In this document: piece after piece, positions 52,595 through 64,000 of the stretch
Layout: every line of letters begins with the position of its first letter
Position numbering within the stretch: position 1 is the first letter of the stretch
Source: Gammaproteobacteria bacterium
GTDB lineage: Bacteria > Pseudomonadota > Gammaproteobacteria > Magnimaribacterales > AG-339-G14
Assembly (NCBI GenBank): GCA_004213955.1
Contig: SGZL01000001.1
Span: forward strand, 43,041 to 107,040
Reading direction: 5' to 3'
DNA length: 64,000 nt
Notes under the pieces: model-generated
The model's database searches: none
Told to the model about the DNA's origin: nothing
Seen by the model: only the letters and a program-made list of their open reading frames with translations
Translations under genes and position numbers: made by a program

Positions 52595-53443
52595 ATGTAC
52601 AATAAAGAATTAAAGCAAACGCAGATATCTAAAACCGCTATTTTCACCACAGGCTCAATGAGAGCCTCAAAAATCTTACCTTCTTTTATTCTAGTTTTAA
52701 CAATTTTCTTTTCAGACTATTTTTTTAATTTTGGAAAAGATATAAGAATATTTTTCTTAAAAACCTCTCAACCTGTAACTGAAATTCCAATAGCTCTTGG
52801 AAATGTTTTTGACAGGTTAGTTTTTTTCTTCAGTTCTCAAAACCAGCTATTTATTGAGATAAATAACTTGAATAAAGAAATAGAAAAATTAAATATCGAA
52901 ATTATAAAAATGAAAGGAATAGAAAATGAAAATATTGAGCTTTCTGAATTGATGAATCTTTCTAAAAGAGAACAATTTTCTTTCTCTATGTTAGGGGAAA
53001 TTAAAAGCAAATCTTTTTTTCCTAATGAATCTTTGAACGTTACAACAGATATAAAAAAAATTAACAATGATATGGTAGTTTTAAATCGAAATGGAATGAT
53101 AGGACAGATTGATCAAGTCCTTCCTAATTCAGTAAAAGTATTGCCAATTTATAAAAAAGACAACATTGTTCCCGCATACTTCCCAAGATTAGGTTTAAAT
53201 ATTATTTTAAAAGGCACAGGAAAAGACAAATTATTTTCTATTGAAAATTTAAGTAGTGGTGTTAATTTGAAAATAGGAGATGAGATTTTTTCTTCTGGAT
53301 TAGGAGGAAAGTTTCCAAAAGGTTATTTAATCGGAAAGGTCAAAAGGATCTCGAATGATCCAAATTTAAAGTTTCAAACTGTAGAAGTTCAATCCATAGC
53401 AGTTTTTGATAATGGCTCAAAAGTATTATTTATTTCGCCATGA
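52595..53443 (+). CDS. mreC: rod shape-determining protein MreC
   Basis: TM + coiled coil (ENIELSEL), SSGLGGKFPKGYLIG. Confidence 0.85.
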   Translation: MYNKELKQTQISKTAIFTTGSMRASKILPSFILVLTIFFSDYFFNFGKDIRIFFLKTSQPVTEIPIALGNVFDRLVFFFSSQNQLFIEINNLNKEIEKLNIEIIKMKGIENENIELSELMNLSKREQFSFSMLGEIKSKSFFPNESLNVTTDIKKINNDMVVLNRNGMIGQIDQVLPNSVKVLPIYKKDNIVPAYFPRLGLNIILKGTGKDKLFSIENLSSGVNLKIGDEIFSSGLGGKFPKGYLIGKVKRISNDPNLKFQTVEVQSIAVFDNGSKVLFISP

Positions 53444-53946
53444 CAGAATTTTTAGATCCAAAAAGACCATCTTTCCCAGTTTATATAACCATTGGATTAA
53501 CAATAATCTTTTTTTCTTTTTTAGAAATCTTTCTTAGGACGTTATTTCCAACATTTTTGAACATACCTCTTACGCTCATGTGTCTTATATATTGGAATAT
53601 GGCACTTCCAAAAAGCGTTGGGTTAACATGGGCTATATTCTGTGGTTTCATTTTAGATTTATCGCAAAATCTAGTTTTGGGATCTAATGTAATGATTTTT
53701 TTAGCTTCCTCTTATTTAATACAAAGATATTTCCATAGGTTAAGGGCTTTATATAGAATACAACAATCGTTGATAGTTGCGAGTATGGTCTTTACTTATC
53801 AGTTGATATTTATATTTTCTTTTTTAAACTTTTCAAATCAGATTCTTATAGAGGTCTTACTATTTACTTTTATTTCAGCTTTGATTTGGCCAATAATATT
53901 TGGTTTACTAAGATTTATAAGAATAAAGTTTACCTACATTAGTTAA
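53440..53946 (+). CDS. mreD: rod shape-determining protein MreD
   Basis: IYWNMALP, GFILDL..VLG; polytopic; after mreC. Confidence 0.85.
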   Translation: MTEFLDPKRPSFPVYITIGLTIIFFSFLEIFLRTLFPTFLNIPLTLMCLIYWNMALPKSVGLTWAIFCGFILDLSQNLVLGSNVMIFLASSYLIQRYFHRLRALYRIQQSLIVASMVFTYQLIFIFSFLNFSNQILIEVLLFTFISALIWPIIFGLLRFIRIKFTYIS

Positions 53947-55277
53947 CTGTAGAAAATCGTTGCTAATCCTAAAAAAGATAAGAATCCTACAACGTCTGTA
54001 ATAGTAGTCACAATTACACTTCCTGCAATAGCCGGATCCAGTTTAAAAAACTTTAATATCAATGGAATTCCCATTCCGCTGATTACCGCCATGAACAAAT
54101 TTATCACCATTGATAATAAAATAATCAAGGCTATCGTAATTTCATTGAACCAAAAGTAGGAAATAGAGCCAAGTACCAAAGCCCAAAAAAAACCATTTAC
54201 CAATCCTACAGTGACCTCTCTAGATAGAAGATATAAATAATTAGAAGACATTATTTGGCCCAAAGCTAATCCTCTAACTGTTATGGTAAGTGTTTGGGTT
54301 GCAGCAACACCTCCCATGCTAGCAATTATTGGCATTAATACTGCTAAGAAGATAACTTCTTCAATAGTTTCTTTAAAAATATTTATAACTGATGAAGCGA
54401 TTATTGCAGTGAATAAATTTATGCCTAACCAAAAACCTCTGCTTTTAATAGCCGAAGATGTTCTTTCAAAAGTATCTCCACTTAAACCTGAGAATTGTTT
54501 TAAAGATTCATCAGCTTCAGATTTTATTTCATCGATTACATCGTCAAAAGTAATTCTGCCTATCAAGTTGTTTTCATCATCAATAACAGGAGCAGATATT
54601 AAATCTTCTTTTTCGAATACTTTAATAACTTCATTTGAATTTAAACTTGCATTAAGAGGTTTTTTTTCAACCATTATATTTTTAATAATCTCGCCAGGGG
54701 GGTTAGTGATGAGGTTTGAAATAGGCAAAACTCCTCTAAATTTGTTATTTCTACTTACTACAAATAAATTATCTGTTGACAACGGGATATTATTTTTTAT
54801 TCTGAGATATCGCATTACCAGTTCGACAGAATGATAAGGTCGAACAACAATGACATCGGTATTCATTAAACCACCGGCTGAATCCTCAGGATATTTCAAA
54901 ACTTTTTCTAAAATGTCCTTATTCTGGAAAGACATCTTTTCAAGAACTTCTTTCATTATTTGCTCTGGAAGATCTTGCAATATGTCTGCTATTTCATCGG
55001 TTTCTAGGTCTTTTGTGACCAGTGCAACTTCATCTGGATCCATATAGGATAAAATAGTTTCTCTAACATCATCAGATAAATTTTTTAAAATTTCTCCTTC
55101 ATTTTTTTCTTCGATTAGTTGCCAAATAAAAGCTCTCTTCTTTGGCGGGCTTGACTCAATGATGAGCGCTATTTCGTATGCTGGCAGAGAATTAAATAAT
55201 TCTTTAGATTCTTTATATTTACCCTCATAAAGAATCTTTTGAATATCATGATTTCCTGAATTAAATTCATCGCTCAT
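53943..55277 (-). CDS. mgtE: magnesium transporter MgtE
   Basis: YPEDSAGGLM, CBS pair, MGGVAATQT, DPA..TTITDVVG. Confidence 0.93.
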   Translation of the reverse strand: MSDEFNSGNHDIQKILYEGKYKESKELFNSLPAYEIALIIESSPPKKRAFIWQLIEEKNEGEILKNLSDDVRETILSYMDPDEVALVTKDLETDEIADILQDLPEQIMKEVLEKMSFQNKDILEKVLKYPEDSAGGLMNTDVIVVRPYHSVELVMRYLRIKNNIPLSTDNLFVVSRNNKFRGVLPISNLITNPPGEIIKNIMVEKKPLNASLNSNEVIKVFEKEDLISAPVIDDENNLIGRITFDDVIDEIKSEADESLKQFSGLSGDTFERTSSAIKSRGFWLGINLFTAIIASSVINIFKETIEEVIFLAVLMPIIASMGGVAATQTLTITVRGLALGQIMSSNYLYLLSREVTVGLVNGFFWALVLGSISYFWFNEITIALIILLSMVINLFMAVISGMGIPLILKFFKLDPAIAGSVIVTTITDVVGFLSFLGLATIFYS

Positions 55278-55504
55278 AGTAAAGTTTTTCTATCATGAGA
55301 CGAAGGAATCTTTAATTTAGCTCTATACTTCGAAATTGTTTTTCTTGAAATGAATACTTTATGTTTTTTTTCAAATAAAAGTTTTAATTTTTCGTCAGTT
55401 AGTGGAGATGATTTATTTTCTTCTGTTATAGATTGTTGCAAGAATTCTAAAAGAAGAGTTTTTTTTGTTTTTTTTAAATTTAGTTTAATTTTGCTAATTT
55501 TCAA
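55274..55504 (-). CDS. rpoN: stand-alone sigma-54 C-terminal RpoN-box (HTH) domain, 76 aa
   Basis: EENKSSPLTDEKL...ISRKTISKYRAKLKIPSSHDRK matches the sigma-54 C-terminus (EN..KPLSD.KL...VARRTVAKYRE.L.IP.S..RK). It sits immediately after lptB, has an AGGAG-N6-TTG start, and an ATGA overlap with mgtE. Confidence 0.8.
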   Translation of the reverse strand: MKISKIKLNLKKTKKTLLLEFLQQSITEENKSSPLTDEKLKLLFEKKHKVFISRKTISKYRAKLKIPSSHDRKTLL

Positions 55505-56210
55505 ACGAATCTCCTAAATAAACCTTTCTTACAGTCTCATCATTTAGAATTTTTTTTGAAGATCCTTCAGCAATAATGTTTCCCGAGCTAATTACAAATA
55601 TCTTTTTACAGATGTCTGTAGTGGCTTTTACATTATGATCACTAATTAAAATACCTAAACCTTTTTCGGTTAACTTTTGAATTAATTCTTTTAGATCATC
55701 TATAGCTAAAGGATCTATTCCTGCAAAAGGTTCATCTAACATAATAAATGTAGGGTTTAAGGCAACAGACCTAGCGATCTCAACTCTTCGTCTTTGACCG
55801 CCTGAAAGTTCTCTTCCCTTTTGCTTAGCGAGTGATGAGATTTTAAACTCTTCCATAATCTCATTCATTCTTCTTTTTATTTCAAGTTTTGAAGAAAATT
55901 TTGTTTCTAAAGAGGATTTTAAATTATCTTCAACTGACAGATTTCTAAATATTGACGGCTCTTGAGGCAAATAAACCAAGCCTGCATCTGCCCTAGAGCT
56001 CAAAGAAAGGTTGGTAATCTCTGTATTGTTAAGCAAAACTAAGCCGTTACTTGGTTTAGTTAACCCGGCTAAAATATAAAAAAGAGTAGTTTTTCCTGCT
56101 CCATTTGGCCCAAGTAAACCCGTAATTTCGTCTAGTTTTATACTGATTGATATTTCTTTTAAAATAGAGTTTCTACCGTAAGATTTACTTATTTTTATTG
56201 TTTCAATCAT
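55494..56210 (-). CDS. lptB: LPS export ABC ATPase LptB
   Basis: GPNGAGKTT, YLPQEPSIFR, LSGGQRRRVEIAR, LDEPFAGIDP, VYLG. Confidence 0.96.
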   Translation of the reverse strand: MIETIKISKSYGRNSILKEISISIKLDEITGLLGPNGAGKTTLFYILAGLTKPSNGLVLLNNTEITNLSLSSRADAGLVYLPQEPSIFRNLSVEDNLKSSLETKFSSKLEIKRRMNEIMEEFKISSLAKQKGRELSGGQRRRVEIARSVALNPTFIMLDEPFAGIDPLAIDDLKELIQKLTEKGLGILISDHNVKATTDICKKIFVISSGNIIAEGSSKKILNDETVRKVYLGDSFEN

Positions 56211-56760
56211 TTACAGCTTCGTATCTTACATTTGTACTTCTAAGGATTTTTCTTTCAGATAAATCAACTAAGATTGAATCTGCTGAGTAAATTTGCCCAT
56301 CGAAGGAGAGTTTCAAGTTTTCTGACACCTCTGCAGTATTTTCATTTAGATTTAATTCTAACTTTCCAATTACTCCATTGAATTCAGTATTATCAAAAGT
56401 ACCTTCAAAATTTACGAGCTCATTGAATTTGAAAACATTAGACTTGTAAAAAAAATCAGCAGTTTTTGAAATGCCTAATATTTTTAAATTTTTTTTATTA
56501 TCAAAACTTATTTCTGGATTAAATAAACGCATGAAATCTGAATCTGCCAAACTATTTAGCATCTGACTTTTAATAGAAAAATCAATAGTTCTGTCAGAAA
56601 AAGATACCTTTAAACTGACTTCATCTGCTTGGAAAATATTTTTCACAATGGGATCTGTTAATTCATTTTTTTCAGAATCTATAAAATTTGAGGTTAAAAA
56701 TAGCGATATTCCAATCAGGCTAATTAATAGAATCGAATAAATAATTATATTTCTTTGCAT
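56203..56760 (-). CDS. LptC-like LPS transport protein, divergent
   Basis: Single N-terminal TM then beta-rich periplasmic region; only gene between kdsD and lptB. Confidence 0.6.
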   Translation of the reverse strand: MQRNIIIYSILLISLIGISLFLTSNFIDSEKNELTDPIVKNIFQADEVSLKVSFSDRTIDFSIKSQMLNSLADSDFMRLFNPEISFDNKKNLKILGISKTADFFYKSNVFKFNELVNFEGTFDNTEFNGVIGKLELNLNENTAEVSENLKLSFDGQIYSADSILVDLSERKILRSTNVRYEAVND

Positions 56761-57746
56761 CAAATGATTTTTGCTTTTAATAAATCATGCATTCTTAAAA
56801 GACCTATAACCCTTCCATTTGTGTTTTTTACAAGCAGAGAAAAAACTTTATATCTCTCCATTTGAGAAATAGCTTTTGAGAGAAATTCGTTCTCATTGAT
56901 AAATTTAAAATCTCTTGTCATCACTTTTGCTAAAGTTATTTTGCTTATATCAATTTTTTTCTCTAAACATCTTCTTAAATCTCCATCAGTAAAAATACCT
57001 GTGATTTTATTGTTCTTATTAATCATGGTTAATCCAAGTCCTGCCGAAGATATTGGATAAATTGCATCGGAAATTTTTGTATTTTCAGCTAATGATGGAA
57101 TATCTTTTTTTTGAACCATGAGATCTTTTGCCTTAAAGAACTTTTTCCCTAAACTCCCACCTGGATGGTTTTCAGCAAAATCCTTTGGAGAAAAATTCTT
57201 TGCTTCAAGTAATGAGATTGCTATAGCATCTCCCAATAACAACATTGAAGTAGAGCTCGTAGTCGGCGCTAAATCCATGGGGCAAGCTTCTTCATCAATT
57301 TTTAAATCAATAGATATTTTTGCATTGTTGGCTAAAGTTGATGTCTTATTTCCTGTTATGGATAGAATTTTTTTTACTTTTTTCGCACAAGTTGGCAGAA
57401 TTTTTAGTATTTCCTCTGTTTCTCCTGAGAACGAGAAAATAATGAGAAGATCTTTTTTTGTTAGAACTCCCAAGTCTCCATGACTTGCTTCTGCAGCACT
57501 AATGTAAATTGCAGGAGTACCGGTAGAAGAAAGCGTGGAGCAAACTTTTTCAGCTATATTTCCGGATTTACCTATGCCCATAAGAAATAAATTTCCTTTA
57601 TTGTCTAATATTTCCTGACAGAACTTATTGTAATTTTTAGAATCTAAATCAAAAGGAATTTTTGAAAGAGAATTTATTTCTTTTTTAAAAGTATTTTTTG
57701 CCGATTTAAAGAAATTAAAATTTAAATTTTGCTTATCCATTTTCAT
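56760..57746 (-). CDS. kdsD: arabinose-5-phosphate isomerase (KdsD/GutQ)
   Basis: GIGKSGNIA, EASHGDLG, EACPMDLAPTTSS, HPGGSLG, CBS pair. Confidence 0.93.
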   Translation of the reverse strand: MKMDKQNLNFNFFKSAKNTFKKEINSLSKIPFDLDSKNYNKFCQEILDNKGNLFLMGIGKSGNIAEKVCSTLSSTGTPAIYISAAEASHGDLGVLTKKDLLIIFSFSGETEEILKILPTCAKKVKKILSITGNKTSTLANNAKISIDLKIDEEACPMDLAPTTSSTSMLLLGDAIAISLLEAKNFSPKDFAENHPGGSLGKKFFKAKDLMVQKKDIPSLAENTKISDAIYPISSAGLGLTMINKNNKITGIFTDGDLRRCLEKKIDISKITLAKVMTRDFKFINENEFLSKAISQMERYKVFSLLVKNTNGRVIGLLRMHDLLKAKII

Positions 57747-57798
57747 GCTTTATATGCTATTCATAGAGTTTTATAATAAACTATTGCAACTTTTTTTC

Positions 57799-60263
<2,465 letters not shown>

Positions 60264-60267
<4 letters not shown>

Positions 60268-61583
60268 AAAAACTTATTTTAAAAGAGGAAGCTTTCAAAG
60301 ATTTTCTTTCGTTTCAAAGATCTAAAGATCCTTTAAAAGATCTAGATGAAGTTTCTGAAGACGTTAGAAAAATAATTTCCAAAGTAAGGCTAAAAGGAGA
60401 CAAAGCTCTTCTCGAATATACCAAAAAATTTGATAAATTAAATTTAAAAAAAATTGAAGAGCTAATATTTACCAAAGCTGATATGCATCATGCATACTCT
60501 CAACTTGATAAAAACAAAAAGCAAAGCCTTAGATACTTAAAAAAAAGAATAAAAAAATTCCATGAGTCCATTCCCTTAAGCGATTGGCAACTAAAAGATA
60601 AAATTTTCGAAAAATATGGACAAGTATCACGTCCTATAAAAAGAGTTGGGCTTTACGCGCCTGGAGGAAATGCAATTTATCCCTCGTCTGTCTTAATGAC
60701 TTCAGTACTTGCTAAATTAGCAGGAGTTAAAGAGATTTTACTTTCTTTTCCTCCATCTCGTTCGGACTTGAAAGAACTCATGTTAGCAGCTGCACACATT
60801 GGTGGTGTGGATGAGGTAGTTTGTTTAGGAGGTGCTCAGTCGATTGCCGCTATGACTTTTGGAACAGATACTATTAAAAAAGTAGATAAAATTTTTGGCC
60901 CTGGAAATCAATATGTGGCGGAAGCAAAACGTCAAGTCTATGGCGTAGTTGGGATTGATGGCATGACTGGACCTTCAGAAGTAATGATCATTGCTGATGA
61001 ATCAGCTAATAATGAAATGCTAGCGCTTGATTTAATTGCTCAAGCAGAACATGGTCCAAATTCAACTTGTATTCTTGTGCTAATAAATTCAAAAAATAAC
61101 CAGGAGTTTATTAATGAACTAAATATTTGTTTTAACGACCTAAATTATGACGAAAATTCAAATGCTTATTCATCTTTAAAAAATTATGGACGTATAGTAA
61201 ATGTTAAAAACTATAATGAAGCTAAAGAAATCTGTAATGAGTTCAATCCAGAACATCTTCAGATAGTTTTGAAAAAATATGAAAATATAAACCTTAAAGA
61301 TCTTTACGCAGGAGCTATTTTCTTAGGTCAAAATAATACGGCCGTATTAGGAGATTATTGCGCTGGTCCAAGTCATGTAATCCCCACAAATGGTGCAACT
61401 AAGTTTAGCTCTCAATTGTCGGTTCAAGATTTTTTTGTAAATTCGTCTTTTACTCAAATAGAGGATTCAAGAAGTAAAGATTTTAAGAAAGTACTCAACA
61501 ATTCCATGTTTATTGCTGAACAAGAGGGGCTATTGGCTCATGCTAAAGCAGTCGGATTAAGAATAAAAAAACTGTTTAATTAA
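60264..61583 (+). CDS. hisD: histidinol dehydrogenase
   Basis: GLYAPGG, KIFGPGNQYV, GPSEV, AQAEH, PEHL, GPSHVIPT. Confidence 0.95.
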
Positions 61584-62325
61584 TTATTTCGTTGTATATT
61601 TTAAGAACTTCATCAATTGGAATCGCAAAATTTAGCCCCTGACTTCCACCAGAGGTGGTCTCAATCAAATTGGTAATACCAATTAAATTTCCTTCTCTAT
61701 CTATTAAAGCCCCTCCAGAATTTCCAGGATTTATGGAAGCATCTGTTTGAATAAAAGATCCATTTACATTTTTGAATTGTCTATTAATCGCACTTACTAT
61801 TCCCATGCTAAAAGATTTGCCTAAACCTTGAGGGTTCCCAATAGCAATAACTTGTTCTCCAACTCTAAGGTCATCTATATTTTTTTTTATCTTAAGTGGT
61901 TTTAAATTTAGATTACTTATTGTTTGAATTACCGCTATATCTGCGCTTTCATTAAACCCTAAAATCACAGCTTCATTAATTTCACCACTATTTAATTCAA
62001 TAATTAATTTTTGATTATTTTTAAAAGCTTCCTTTATTACATGATAGTTGGTAACTATTTTACCGTCGGTATCAAAAACAACGCCTGATCCATTAGGGAA
62101 AAAGCCAGTTTTGATAACCTGTTGATACCTTTTAAATCCCAATAAATTAGATCTCTCCTGCCAAGCTTTCCATTTTTTCATACTCCAAATATTAACTACA
62201 GAAGGAGATGCATTCTCAAGAATGTCTGGTAAGCTTTTTGTAGTTGTTAAATTTAAAAAAATAAGCCCAGAAAGAAGTCCTAAAACAAGCCAAATTGAAA
62301 CAGAGATTGTAGTTTTTTTATTCAT
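61576..62325 (-). CDS. DegS/AlgW-type trypsin-like serine protease without PDZ domain
   Basis: N-terminal TM, TNYHV, ADIAV, QTDASINPGNSGG; ends 11 residues after NFAIP. Confidence 0.85.
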   Translation of the reverse strand: MNKKTTISVSIWLVLGLLSGLIFLNLTTTKSLPDILENASPSVVNIWSMKKWKAWQERSNLLGFKRYQQVIKTGFFPNGSGVVFDTDGKIVTNYHVIKEAFKNNQKLIIELNSGEINEAVILGFNESADIAVIQTISNLNLKPLKIKKNIDDLRVGEQVIAIGNPQGLGKSFSMGIVSAINRQFKNVNGSFIQTDASINPGNSGGALIDREGNLIGITNLIETTSGGSQGLNFAIPIDEVLKIYNEIIN

Positions 62326-62332
62326 TGAAGTT

Positions 62333-62361
62333 TTGAAATTATAACTTCTCTGAGTTATTAT
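62333..62361 (+). promoter_or_regulatory. sigma70 promoter for rplM-rpsI(-pet)
   Basis: TTGAAA-17 bp-TATTAT followed by GC-rich discriminator TCACGCCC. Confidence 0.6.
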
Positions 62362-62389
62362 TCACGCCCTCAAACTTATTTATATAAAA

Positions 62390-62818
62390 ATGAAGACTAA
62401 AAGTTTTAAAATTAGTGAAGTAGATCAAAAATGGCATCTCATTGATGCTGAAAATAAAACTTTAGGAAGGCTTTCTTCCAGAGTTTCTTCAATTTTGATG
62501 GGTAAAAATAAGTCACAATATACTCCTAATAACGATTTAGGAGATTTTGTGGTGATAATTAATGCAGAAAAAATAAAACTTACAGGAAATAAAGAGTCCC
62601 AAAAAAAATATTATAAACATTCTGGATACCCCGGAGGTTTGAAAACAACTACCTTGAAAGAATTAAGAAAAAACAATCCTGAGCAAATAATTTTTAAAGC
62701 CATAAAAGGTATGCTTCCTAAAAATAAACTAGCAGACAAAATGATCTCTAAATTAAAAGTCTACAAAGGATCAGCTCATCCACATGTTGGTCAAAAACCT
62801 GAATTGATAGAATCATAA
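62390..62818 (+). CDS. rplM: 50S ribosomal protein L13
   Basis: [35 protein letters not shown]. Confidence 0.98.
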   Translation: MKTKSFKISEVDQKWHLIDAENKTLGRLSSRVSSILMGKNKSQYTPNNDLGDFVVIINAEKIKLTGNKESQKKYYKHSGYPGGLKTTTLKELRKNNPEQIIFKAIKGMLPKNKLADKMISKLKVYKGSAHPHVGQKPELIES

Positions 62819-62822
62819 AAAT

Positions 62823-63215
62823 ATGGATCAAGAAAAAACATATGCTACTGGTAGAAGAAAAACTTCTACTGCTAGAGTTTACATAAGTAAAGGTAAAGGA
62901 AATATATTAGTAAACGATATACCTTTAGAAGAATACTTTGGAAGAGAAGTTGCTAAAATATTAGTTATGCAACCTTTAGTTTTACTTGAAATTGCTGACA
63001 AATTTGATGTAGATGTGAAAGTCTCTGGTGGAGGTTCTTTTGGACAAGCTGGAGCTATTAGACACGGAATTTCAAGAGCTTTGGAAAAATACGATGTTGA
63101 TTTTAGAAAATCCTTAAAATCGGCAGGATATTTAACTAGAGACTCAAGACAGGTAGAACGAAAAAAAGTTGGATTAGTAAAAGCAAGAAAATCGAAACAA
63201 TTTAGTAAAAGATAA
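62823..63215 (+). CDS. rpsI: 30S ribosomal protein S9
   Basis: [33 protein letters not shown]. Confidence 0.98.
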   Translation: MDQEKTYATGRRKTSTARVYISKGKGNILVNDIPLEEYFGREVAKILVMQPLVLLEIADKFDVDVKVSGGGSFGQAGAIRHGISRALEKYDVDFRKSLKSAGYLTRDSRQVERKKVGLVKARKSKQFSKR

Positions 63216-63219
63216 TTTA

Positions 63220-63816
63220 ATGGTTCAGCCTATATCTCCTCCAAACCCTGGAAGAAGAAAATTTTTAAGCTTAATAACTGGCCTTATGGCATCAGTAGGA
63301 GCAGTTTTTCTAGCTGTTCCCTTTTTAAGTGCATTTAAACCTAGTGCAAGAGCTGAAGCCGCTGGAGCACCTGTACAAGTAGACATTTCCTCTTTAGTTC
63401 CAGGTCAAATGAAAATTGTTGAATGGCGAGGCAAGCCAATATTTGTTGTTAAAATGGCTGAAAATACTGTCAAACTTCTTTCGTCAAACTTAAACAGGTT
63501 AGCCGATCCAAACGGAGAAGATTCTAATCAGCCAGATTATGTTAAAAATCAAATTAGATCCAGAAAAGAGGGCGTTGCTGTCATAACTGGAGTTTGCACT
63601 CATTTAGGCTGTTCTCCTAAATATTATCCTGAGACGGGTTCCGTTGCATTTGACTCAGATTGGCAAGGAGGATTTTTTTGTCCGTGCCACGGATCTAAAT
63701 TTGATATGGTGGGAAGAGTATATGCTGGAGTTCCCGCTCCAACAAATATGGATGTTCCACCGCATTATTTTCCCAAAGATAATTTATTAGTTATTGGTTT
63801 AGACGGAGTTTCATAA
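63220..63816 (+). CDS. petA: ubiquinol-cytochrome c reductase Rieske Fe-S subunit
   Basis: Tat motif RRKFL, CTHLGC, CPCHGS, PAP.N. Confidence 0.96.
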   Translation: MVQPISPPNPGRRKFLSLITGLMASVGAVFLAVPFLSAFKPSARAEAAGAPVQVDISSLVPGQMKIVEWRGKPIFVVKMAENTVKLLSSNLNRLADPNGEDSNQPDYVKNQIRSRKEGVAVITGVCTHLGCSPKYYPETGSVAFDSDWQGGFFCPCHGSKFDMVGRVYAGVPAPTNMDVPPHYFPKDNLLVIGLDGVS

Positions 63817-64000
63817 TGTTACAGTGGATTAATAGTAGATTTCCAATTACAGATTTAGTTGAAAGACATCTTTCAAAATATCCTGCCCCGACGAACCTCA
63901 ATTTTTGGTATTTATTTGGATTTTTATTAATCATAGTTTTAGTAATGCAAATCCTTACTGGGCTTTGGTTGATGATGAATTACACAAATACTGCTGAAGA
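63816..64000 (+). CDS. petB: cytochrome b of the bc1 complex (partial, runs off window)
   Basis: ATG overlaps the petA stop; my translation is MLQWINSRFP...PTNLNFWYLFG...QILTGLWLMMNYT. Confidence 0.92.
   Translation, partial: MLQWINSRFPITDLVERHLSKYPAPTNLNFWYLFGFLLIIVLVMQILTGLWLMMNYTNTAE

Noticed and set aside
55460-55478. A8-C-A8 tract in the mini-RpoN 5' region as a programmed frameshift
   Set aside because: No alternative frame could restore missing sigma-54 domains (only about 216 bp available), and such runs are common in this AT-rich window

Overview
AT-rich, very gene-dense chromosomal segment from a streamlined gammaproteobacterium. The gene order resembles Pseudomonas/marine gammaproteobacteria with many genes deleted in place. 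A SAR86-like lineage is an inference from composition and content, not a tested assignment. The window holds about 57 CDS (5'-truncated dnaE to 3'-truncated petB) and 4 tRNAs (Leu-GAG, initiator Met, elongator Met, Gln-TTG). I saw no rRNA, CRISPR, prophage, integrase or IS. Almost all genes are housekeeping. The main points of interest are minimised or unusual proteins: (1) a 76-aa ORF at the rpoN position that is only the C-terminal RpoN-box DNA-binding domain of sigma-54, in a window where glnD and hpf/ptsN/rapZ/npr are also missing from their usual loci; (2) a 97-aa ORF before rimI that looks like a minimal DNA polymerase III psi subunit (HolD); (3) a cold-shock domain with two N-terminal hydrophobic segments; (4) ispE ending 21 nt inside tRNA-Gln; (5) a DegS/AlgW-type protease without a PDZ domain. 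hemA, lptA/kdsC and mlaFEDB are also absent from their usual loci. All absence claims apply to this window only. All family calls are by eye from motifs and synteny, with no database search.
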